From the NCBI GenBank assembly GCA_964616825.1, contig CAZTSX010000007.1, positions 40,248 through 104,247 of the forward strand: a stretch of DNA of 64,000 nt, read 5' to 3'. The number at the start of each line of letters is the position of its first letter. The stretch's first letter is position 1. The notes below the pieces were generated by a model. It was not told the origin of the DNA. It was given only the letters and a program-made list of their open reading frames with translations, and made no database searches. Shown here in pieces: positions 8,201-15,017 of the stretch. The DNA is from an uncultured Prolixibacteraceae bacterium. GTDB lineage: Bacteria > Bacteroidota > Bacteroidia > Bacteroidales > FEN-979. A program made the position numbers and the translations under genes.

Positions 8201-8952
8201 TCAAGGATATCATTCGGAAGCCTGTATTCAGGGATTCCGTAACGGAGCCAGCCTCCTGATTGGGGAGCCGCTTCAAAAATATCTACCTGGTGGCCCTCTA
8301 TCTGCAGGAAATAACCTGCTGAAAGACCGCCAGGTCCTGCACCGATCACGGCCACTTTTTTGCCAGTGGAGGGTTTGATCTCCGGAACAAACTTATCAGG
8401 GGACTCAAGGTCATAATCGGAAGCAAAGCGTTTCAGGTAATCGATACCTACGGGAGCGCTTTCATCCAGCAGGTTGCGACTGCATGCCACTTCACAGGGA
8501 CGAACACAAACCCGTCCGCAGATTGCCGGTAATGGGTTGGTCTCTTTGATGAGAGCCACAGCATCAGAATATAATCCCTTCTCAATCAGGGCGATATATC
8601 CCTGAACATCCACGCCGGCCGGACAGGTTTGCTTGCATGGCCCCAGACAGTCAGCATAGTGATTGCTCAACATCAGTTCCAACGCCATTTGCCGGGATTG
8701 ACGAATTGGTTCATTGTCGGTGACCACCTTCATCCCCTCTTTTATATGGGTGGAGCAAGCAGGCTGGTGTCCGCGCATTCCTTCTACTTCAACCACGCAT
8801 ATATAGCAAGAAGAGAATGGCTCTAGTCGTTCATCATGGCAAAGTGTTGGTATCTTGATGCCTTCCCGGTTAGCCACCTGGAGGATGGTTTCTCCCGGGT
8901 TTCCCTGAACGATCGTTCCGTTAAGAATTACGTTTACATCTTTTTGAGCCAT
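5245..8952 (-). CDS. 1235-aa NuoG-like iron-sulfur protein with an inserted GltD/NfnB-like FAD/NAD(P)H module and a C-terminal molybdopterin-oxidoreductase-like domain
   Basis: N-terminal [2Fe-2S] spacing C38-x10-C49-x2-C52-x13-C66. GltD-like part: CPAGVDV...GRVCVRPCEVAC, KKVAVIGAGPGGL, IAVIGGGNTAMD, GEPDASGRRRP and FAAGDGVTGP. Then come H580-x4-C-x2-C-x7-C, two CxxCxxCxxxC ferredoxin motifs and the MopB-type CNYCSIGC...GNIC cluster motif. The following ~500-aa domain has no obvious catalytic Cys or Sec. Confidence 0.7.
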   Translation of the reverse strand: MAQKDVNVILNGTIVQGNPGETILQVANREGIKIPTLCHDERLEPFSSCYICVVEVEGMRGHQPACSTHIKEGMKVVTDNEPIRQSRQMALELMLSNHYADCLGPCKQTCPAGVDVQGYIALIEKGLYSDAVALIKETNPLPAICGRVCVRPCEVACSRNLLDESAPVGIDYLKRFASDYDLESPDKFVPEIKPSTGKKVAVIGAGPGGLSAGYFLQIEGHQVDIFEAAPQSGGWLRYGIPEYRLPNDILDKEVKNITDLGMNIFYNQKLGENLSYQELKDKYDAVILTIGSQIGTGVGCEGDDAENVFSGIDFLKNMEMTGQRYDFRGKSIAVIGGGNTAMDCCRTSLRCKADNVYVIYRRTENEMPANPIEIHESKLEGVEYLFLTLPKKINKNNKGEVESVTCIKMKLGEPDASGRRRPVPIEGSEFELNVDYVLAAIGQKTDVNFLDDINANTEGDKLEVNKWADIDADRETLQTGIPSVFAAGDGVTGPATIIEAIAQAKIASNSAHQYLVGDEIKPLKQPFISRRNNFRTQVQEDYQDLFIAQEREEMPVLEADQRMNFHEVELGYADEVVAIHETQRCLECGCTAFFNCDLQKYSTEYNADQKGFAGEFNEYAVDFRHPYIEIDNNKCILCSRCVRICRDVVGANALGLVNRGFETFVSPSMGEALQDTNCESCGMCISTCPTGAITENVLFKPGPVQTTPSEAICNYCSIGCSITLNQVNGFVMSVSGNKGVVNQQGNICRYPRFGYAYLNDKSRIVRPLKKINGKFKEISFEEAFKLIVEKISAVKPDENSFFAGARLTNEEMYLIQKLARAAVVTGNIGSFHYLTRGDGYRFNHQKNAPLDSIRKAGKIFLIGTDINMDHAVAGFMVNNARAKEGIPVILVTEKEESSMTHKVDQVIHVKSYYYFIKAVNHYLLTFGLENDLFLRDRVIGQNEYQLQILEEDFATLVSNAGVLPKVIRKFAEEYNTEMNAIAIFSEKEITSNSSLELFNLAMITGKLGKTANGLITLKEKNNSQGLFDMGISRRTGVGGIPLDDEAYVKKLKDVWNVKDIPGIVADCLVLKLSKKIMKNLFIFGEDPVGCDTTQTYSSLIKQIPFIVVQDYFMTDTAKEADLILPASFPTEIGGTFSNTQKAILEFEPVLPSRIEISSIMQFIELLKRFGLNGLESRNDVFSEIIRLLPHVEEDQPEESLAMVYTREDNLNRSFDYGCDYLVKRFEEEFEERLRV

Positions 8953-8989
8953 CAGTTTCTTTTCTTGTTTTTTTGAGAATTCGGAGAGA

Positions 8990-10765
8990 TCATGTTAAAA
9001 CGATGGAATCAAACTTACACTTTGAGTAACAGATGCCACATTTCGTACAAAGATCCTGATGAATCAGATGTGGTTGCTTGCGCTCTCCTGTGATCGCATC
9101 GGAGGGGCAATTTTTCAGACAAACCAAACATCCGGTACACGCCTCCTGATCAACCGTATAGGTCAGTAAGGGCCGGCATACTTTCGCAGGGCATTTTTTG
9201 TCTTTTATATGTGCGATGTACTCATCCCTGAAATATTGAAGAGTCGTCAGAACGGGGTTAGGCGCTGTCTGGCCCAAACCACACAGGGAGTTATCTTTGA
9301 TCTGATATGACAGCTCCTCCAGTTTCTCAATATCTCCTTCTTTCCCTTTTCCATCAGAAATTCGTTCAAGGATCTCCAGCATTCTGATGGTTCCCATCCG
9401 ACAAAACGTACACTTCCCACATGACTCTTTGCACGTGAAATCGAGGAAAAACTTGGCGACATCCACCATGCAGGTACTCTCATCCATCACTACCATTCCT
9501 CCGGAACCCATAATGGCGCCCGTTGCATTTACGGAATCATAATCCACAATTGTATCAGAGAGATGTTCCGGTATACAACCTCCTGAAGGCCCGCCAAGTT
9601 GCACGGCTTTGAATTTTTTATCATCCTTGATGCCTCCTCCCAGTTTCATGATCACATCATTGATTGTGATGCCCATTGGGACTTCCACCAGCCCTGAATT
9701 TTTAATCTTTCCGGCCAGGGCAAAGACTTTGGTCCCTTTACTTCTTTCGGTTCCATAGCTGGCAAATGCGTCGCCTCCGTTAAGTATGATCCAGGGAATA
9801 TTAGCGAATGTTTCGACGTTATTAATATTAGTCGGATTGCCCCATAAACCTTTCTCAGCAGGAAACGGAGGGCGTCTGCGGGGCATCCCTCGTTCTCCTT
9901 CAACCGATGCGATCAGTGCAGTTTCTTCACCGCACACGAAAGCGCCAGCTCCCTCTTTAATGTAGATGTTGAAATTAAAATCTTCAATTCCGAAAGCATT
10001 GTTCCCTAGATACCCTCTATCACGGGCCTGATCAAGGGCAATATTAAGTCGTTTGATCGCAAGGGGATATTCAGCACGGCAATAGATCACACCACCAGTC
10101 GCATCAATGGAATAGGCGGCAATGATCATCCCTTCAATGACGGAATGAGGATCCCCTTCCAAAATGCTGCGATCCATGAAAGCCCCGGGATCGCCTTCGT
10201 CTGCATTACAGATGATATATTTTTCTTTCGACTTATACCCCCGGGCAAATTTCCATTTCATCCCTGTAGGGAATCCACCTCCACCCCGGCCCCGAAGTCC
10301 TGATTTGAGGATTGTTTCGATGACCAGATCGGGAGGGATCTTCTCATCGGCAATCTTCTGAACAGCTTTGTATCCTTTCCGGGCTTCATACTCTTCGATA
10401 GATTCGGGATCAATGTATCCGCAATTTCTCAACACGATCTTTACCTGCGCCGAAATAAATTTATTTTCCGATCCATCAAAGAGATCGGAGTAAACGATAT
10501 AATCACGAACAGGATCCTGTTGATTGATGTGTTTTTCTATAACTTCAATCGCCTGCTCTTCAGTAATGTCACCATACAAATAAGTTCCGGTATTGTCTAC
10601 AATCTCTACCAGAGGTTCCCTGTAACACATCCCGATGCAGCTGGTTTTCCGGAGGTTAAAATCCAGATTATCCGACTGCTTCAACGCTTTGATCTTCTCA
10701 TATGTCTTATTCGCGCCGGCGGCGATTCCACAGCTTCCAAGTCCGACGGTGACGGTAGTGTTCAT
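8990..10765 (-). CDS. NuoF/HydB-like NADH- and FMN-binding subunit (Bfu-type B subunit)
   Basis: Contains GLRGRGGGGFPTGMKWKF, ICNADEGDPGAFMDR and the CGKCTFCRMG cluster motif. It also has an N-terminal thioredoxin-like 2Fe-2S domain (GSCG...SCIGMC) and two C-terminal CxxCxxCxxxC(P) motifs. Confidence 0.85.
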   Translation of the reverse strand: MNTTVTVGLGSCGIAAGANKTYEKIKALKQSDNLDFNLRKTSCIGMCYREPLVEIVDNTGTYLYGDITEEQAIEVIEKHINQQDPVRDYIVYSDLFDGSENKFISAQVKIVLRNCGYIDPESIEEYEARKGYKAVQKIADEKIPPDLVIETILKSGLRGRGGGGFPTGMKWKFARGYKSKEKYIICNADEGDPGAFMDRSILEGDPHSVIEGMIIAAYSIDATGGVIYCRAEYPLAIKRLNIALDQARDRGYLGNNAFGIEDFNFNIYIKEGAGAFVCGEETALIASVEGERGMPRRRPPFPAEKGLWGNPTNINNVETFANIPWIILNGGDAFASYGTERSKGTKVFALAGKIKNSGLVEVPMGITINDVIMKLGGGIKDDKKFKAVQLGGPSGGCIPEHLSDTIVDYDSVNATGAIMGSGGMVVMDESTCMVDVAKFFLDFTCKESCGKCTFCRMGTIRMLEILERISDGKGKEGDIEKLEELSYQIKDNSLCGLGQTAPNPVLTTLQYFRDEYIAHIKDKKCPAKVCRPLLTYTVDQEACTGCLVCLKNCPSDAITGERKQPHLIHQDLCTKCGICYSKCKFDSIVLT

Positions 10766-10780
10766 GTTGATTTCGTTAGG

Positions 10781-11299
10781 TTAGTTTTTTTCTGCCAGCC
10801 TTATATTTTTTATCACTTTCACAGCCTGATTGCCTGTTAATTTGCCATAGGTCTGATCACCGACCATCATCACCGGGGCCAGGGAGCAACAGCCCAGACA
10901 AGCTACCGACTCCAGGGTAAATAGCCTGTCGTCTGTGGTCTCTCCGTCTTTGATCTTCATCGCCTCCTCGAGGGATTCGGTGAGTTCGTTCGCGTTTTGC
11001 ACGTGACAAGCAGTACCGTGGCATACCTTGACTATGTGTTTACCAACAGGGTTCAACCGGAACTGTGCATAGAAGGTAGCAACGCCATACATATCACTGA
11101 GAGGGATTCCCGTTTTGACGGAGATCTTTGTAAAAACAGCTTCAGGGATAAAACCATAAATATCCTGAGCCCCCTGCAATAGTGGGATCACATTTCCCTT
11201 TTTTCCGATATACTTTTCAATCAACGGATCAAGAAGTACGAGATCTACGTCAATGGATTCCTTCTTCTCCGTTTTCGCTTGTAATCGTGGAATGCGCAT
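10781..11299 (-). CDS. NuoE/HydC-like thioredoxin-like [2Fe-2S] subunit
   Basis: VCHGTACH...SVACLGCCSLAPVMMV is the typical 24-kDa subunit signature. Confidence 0.85.
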   Translation of the reverse strand: MRIPRLQAKTEKKESIDVDLVLLDPLIEKYIGKKGNVIPLLQGAQDIYGFIPEAVFTKISVKTGIPLSDMYGVATFYAQFRLNPVGKHIVKVCHGTACHVQNANELTESLEEAMKIKDGETTDDRLFTLESVACLGCCSLAPVMMVGDQTYGKLTGNQAVKVIKNIRLAEKN

Positions 11300-11408
11300 T
11301 AAATAATCTTATTAGAGTAACGACCTTTATTCATGCCAGGTCCTGGTTATCAAGATGTGCATGGAGTAATTTGTTTCGATGTTTGAGTCTGATTCCCTGT
11401 CCCCTGTA

Positions 11409-13211
11409 TCAATCTTTCCGCCTGGTTTTCATTTTCGACAGTTTCTTGTGAATTGCGTTGGCAGCAATTCTTCCGGCGCCCATGGCTTCAATCACAGTAG
11501 CGGAACCTGTTACAATGTCGCCGCCAGCATAGACAAACTCTTTTGAGGTTTCGTTTGTTTTTGGATCTACAACAATATTTCCCCACTTATTAAGCTCTAT
11601 ATCCGGAGCGGTCTGGAATATGATCGGATTGGCATCGTTACCAATAGCCACCACTGCCAGATCGACATCTAATACAAAGTTTGATCCTTCAATCGGAACC
11701 GGTCTTCTTCGGCCGGAATCATCCGGTTCTCCGAGTTTCATTTCGATACACTCCATTGCTTTGAGCGTATTGACATCTGTTCCGAGAAATCTGATTGGAT
11801 AGGTGAGCAACCGGAATTTCACTCCTTCTTCCTCTGCATGAATCACCTCTTCATGACGTGCAGGCAGCTCGGTTCTTGATCTGCGGTAGACGATGGTGAC
11901 TTCAGTTGAACCGGTTCGGATGGCCGTTCTGGCACAATCCATGGCTACATTCCCTCCTCCAATGACAGCGACACGGTTCCCTTTCGGTTTCGGTGTATCA
12001 TATTCCGGGAATCTATAAGCTTTCATCAGGTTCATCCGGGTTAGATATTCATTTGCGGAGAAGACATTCCCCAGGCTCTCCCCTTCAATGTGCATAAACT
12101 TGGGCAAACCGGCTCCCACCGCAATGAAAACTGCATCGAAGTGCTCGAGTAACTCGTCAACCGTATTGATCTTTCCGATAACCTGGTTCAGTTCGATCCT
12201 GACACCCATCTCTTTCAGGTAATTGATCTCAAACTGCACAATGGATTTTGGAAGCCTGAACTCCGGGATTCCATATGTAAGTACGCCACCCGTTTCATGA
12301 AATGCTTCAAAGATCGTCACGGCATATCCGAGGAGTTGCAAGTCGGCTGCAACGGTCAGGCCGGCTGGTCCTGAGCCTACAACAGCGATTCTTTTTCCCT
12401 GTTTTTTCTTGATCACCGGGATGCTTACCAGGTCCATCTTCCGTTCCCAGTCTGCCACAAAACGCTCCAGGTTACCAATCGCGACCGGCGTATCCTTGAT
12501 GCCAACGATACAGATCTCCTCACATTGGTTTTCCTGCGGACATACACGGCCACAAATAGCAGGCAGTACATTTCGCTCCTTTACTTTCTTGATGGATTCG
12601 TCAAACTTCTCTTCAGCAATCAACCTGATAAACTCAGGGATATCTATATTAACCGGACATCCATCGACACATTTCGGTTTTTTACATTGCAGGCAACGGC
12701 CGGCTTCCAACAACGCCAGTTCAGAAGTATAGCCATAAGGGACCTCCTGGTAATTTGCTGTTCTTAGCTTCTGATCCTGAGCAGGCATCTCCTGGCGGGG
12801 TATTTTTAGTTTGATTTTTCGTTCATCTGCCCTGGTCAGGCCATGCCACTCACAGCCGTATTTCATGCAGATGTAAAAGGGAATCAACTTTGAATAGCTG
12901 GAGATCGTTATCTCTCCCAGTGATGATCCACATTCGCCACATTTCTTTTCAGGTATGACAAGGTTGGTTTTGCAAAACGGACATGCAAGTCCGGTTAGAA
13001 TCTTCCCTTCTTCGATCGGAATTGATGATGCAACCTCAAATACATCAAGGTATGGGCTAAGTTTAAGCTGAAAATCGGAACCGTTATAGCTAGCATCAAC
13101 GATGATAGTTTGGGCCTCTTTATCTTCAACATTAAAGCTTTGGTTGCAATGCGGGCAGTAGGTGTTTAGAAAGGTTTTGTACTTTAAGTACTTTACATCT
13201 TGCTCATTCAT
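11409..13211 (-). CDS. nfnB: NfnB / GltD-family NADPH-dependent oxidoreductase beta subunit with a ~135-aa N-terminal Cys-rich ribbon module
   Basis: Contains RCLQCKKPKCVDGCP, GRVCPQENQCEEIC, AVVGSGPAGL, AVIGGGNVAMD and GEPDDSGRRRP. The N-terminal extension has C19xxC22, C77xxC80, C91xxC94 and C115x4C120xxH123. Confidence 0.8.
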   Translation of the reverse strand: MNEQDVKYLKYKTFLNTYCPHCNQSFNVEDKEAQTIIVDASYNGSDFQLKLSPYLDVFEVASSIPIEEGKILTGLACPFCKTNLVIPEKKCGECGSSLGEITISSYSKLIPFYICMKYGCEWHGLTRADERKIKLKIPRQEMPAQDQKLRTANYQEVPYGYTSELALLEAGRCLQCKKPKCVDGCPVNIDIPEFIRLIAEEKFDESIKKVKERNVLPAICGRVCPQENQCEEICIVGIKDTPVAIGNLERFVADWERKMDLVSIPVIKKKQGKRIAVVGSGPAGLTVAADLQLLGYAVTIFEAFHETGGVLTYGIPEFRLPKSIVQFEINYLKEMGVRIELNQVIGKINTVDELLEHFDAVFIAVGAGLPKFMHIEGESLGNVFSANEYLTRMNLMKAYRFPEYDTPKPKGNRVAVIGGGNVAMDCARTAIRTGSTEVTIVYRRSRTELPARHEEVIHAEEEGVKFRLLTYPIRFLGTDVNTLKAMECIEMKLGEPDDSGRRRPVPIEGSNFVLDVDLAVVAIGNDANPIIFQTAPDIELNKWGNIVVDPKTNETSKEFVYAGGDIVTGSATVIEAMGAGRIAANAIHKKLSKMKTRRKD

Positions 13212-13223
13212 AGTAGTATGGGT

Positions 13224-14048
13224 TTAATGGATCGAAAACAACAAACAATCTTTCTCTTCCTTTAGATAGATGGAGTTACGTTTCATCAGTTCATCAAAAT
13301 TCACCTGGTGTCCATCAAAGTCAGGTCCGTCCACACAGGCAAACTTCACTTTATCATCAATGGTGACACGGCATCCCCCACACATCCCTGTTCCATCAAT
13401 CATAATGGGATTCAGGCTGACGATTGTGGGTGTGTCAAACTTCTTTGTAAGGCCACAAACTGTTTTCATCATGATCAGAGGTCCAATTGCATAGACCAAC
13501 TTGATGTCATTTCGTTCCTGGAGATATTTTTCAAGCGGCTGTGTCACAAATCCCCGGGTGCCATAGCTTCCGTCATCGGTTGTCACCACCAATTCATCAC
13601 TGATCATTTCCATCTCTTTCTCCAGTATGACCAGGTCCTTATCCCTGGCTCCGATAATGCTGATCACATAATTGCCGGCTTCCTTGAACGCTTTGGCGAC
13701 ATGATGCAAAATGGCCACACCGGTACCTCCTCCAACCATCACAACGGTTCCTATCTTCTCAACTTCTGCAGGTCGTCCGAGCGGACCAGCAATATCCCGG
13801 ATAAAATCGCCCTCATTCAATGAGCGCATCAATGCAGTAGTTTTTCCTACCACCTGAAAGATGATCGTAATAATCCCTGCGAACTCATCTTTATCAGCAA
13901 TAGTCATCGGAATGCGTTCACCGGTTTCGTTTACTCGTAAGATAATAAATTGTCCTGCCTGCGCTTTTTTTGCAATTTTCGGAGCAATAATGTCAAATCG
14001 TACAATAGTACCTTTAGCTAACTCTTGTTTTCTGCTTATCTGAAACAT
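13224..14048 (-). CDS. nfnA: NfnA / PyrK-like ferredoxin-NADP reductase-type alpha subunit
   Basis: FNR-like fold motifs RIPMTIAD and MVGGGTGVA, with a C-terminal CGGCRV...FACVDGPDF [2Fe-2S] motif. It sits 12 nt upstream of nfnB. Confidence 0.8.
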   Translation of the reverse strand: MFQISRKQELAKGTIVRFDIIAPKIAKKAQAGQFIILRVNETGERIPMTIADKDEFAGIITIIFQVVGKTTALMRSLNEGDFIRDIAGPLGRPAEVEKIGTVVMVGGGTGVAILHHVAKAFKEAGNYVISIIGARDKDLVILEKEMEMISDELVVTTDDGSYGTRGFVTQPLEKYLQERNDIKLVYAIGPLIMMKTVCGLTKKFDTPTIVSLNPIMIDGTGMCGGCRVTIDDKVKFACVDGPDFDGHQVNFDELMKRNSIYLKEEKDCLLFSIH

Positions 14049-14066
14049 AGTATATTTAGTTAATTG

Positions 14067-14942
14067 TTACCATTCCAAGCTATCCTCCAGTTTGATATCC
14101 TGAAGGTCTTCATCACTCAATCCATGCCATTTGCAGCCTTTTTTCGAGCAAAGATAGAAATTAATCATTTTTGTTCTGGCACTGATAAATATTCTTGCGA
14201 TGGGTGAACCACACTCTTCACATGCCTTGTTTGCTGAAATCAAACTGGTGTCACAATGTGGGCAGGAAATATCAGTCACCGGCTTATCTTCCTGAAGATA
14301 CACTGTTGATTCTGAGGTAAATACATTCATATAAGGACTCAAGATCAGAATACCTGATTTCCCATCGGTTGTGATATTTAGCTTCAGGATATCGTGTTCG
14401 ATCAGGCTTTTAAGGCAGTGGGGGCAGTAGGACAACAGGAAGGCTCCGGATTCGATCATCTCTTTCTTCTCATCTTTTTCTGCAGCAGGAGGAGCCGGTT
14501 TTGTTGCCATGGTTTTCCGATGCTCATTGGTGTATTTTCCGGCTAACCCGTAATCCTGATATAATTTACTCAATGCCAGGGAAACATCATCGAATTCTAC
14601 AAAATGATTTCTACACCCGCTTCTTGAACAGATACTGACCCTTCCTCCCATATCCAGGATAAACGGAACCAGTGGGGCGCTACAAATAGAACATGCATTT
14701 TCAGATGTGATCTCAGTCTTACAGTGTGGACATGAAAACTGTGCAATCAGATCAGGGGAGAGTGGAATACTACACCGGTAATTATAACTCCCCCAAATAG
14801 AACTCAGAAAAATGAATGAAGTTTGTTTCTTGGCCTTTATTCCCAGTTTTATACTGGGCTTCTTATCTACAAGTTCTTGATCATCAATGAGGGAGGTATT
14901 GCAGTATGGACAGTTAACAATAAGGGTAATAAAATCATACAT
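14067..14942 (-). CDS. uncharacterised protein made of two tandem 8-Cys/1-His ribbon modules
   Basis: Module 1 has C11xxC14, C71xxC74, C84xxC87 and C105x4C110xxH113. Module 2 has C173xxC176, C227xxC230, C241xxC244 and C265x4C270xxH273. The pattern matches the NfnB N-terminus, and a Pro/Ala/Lys-rich linker joins the two modules. Confidence 0.7.
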   Translation of the reverse strand: MYDFITLIVNCPYCNTSLIDDQELVDKKPSIKLGIKAKKQTSFIFLSSIWGSYNYRCSIPLSPDLIAQFSCPHCKTEITSENACSICSAPLVPFILDMGGRVSICSRSGCRNHFVEFDDVSLALSKLYQDYGLAGKYTNEHRKTMATKPAPPAAEKDEKKEMIESGAFLLSYCPHCLKSLIEHDILKLNITTDGKSGILILSPYMNVFTSESTVYLQEDKPVTDISCPHCDTSLISANKACEECGSPIARIFISARTKMINFYLCSKKGCKWHGLSDEDLQDIKLEDSLEW

Positions 14943-14985
14943 GGCCTGCTCACTTTTCTTTATTCTGGTAACATCTCAGGAGTTG

Positions 14986-14993
14986 CAAAATTA
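14986..14993 (-). promoter_or_regulatory. candidate -7 promoter box (TAATTTTG) for the redox gene string
   Basis: Plus-strand caaaatta, which reads TAATTTTG on the minus strand. It lies 44 nt upstream of the ATG at 14942. Confidence 0.4.
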
Positions 14994-15017
14994 CAATAAA
15001 ATATCTTACAGATTGGA

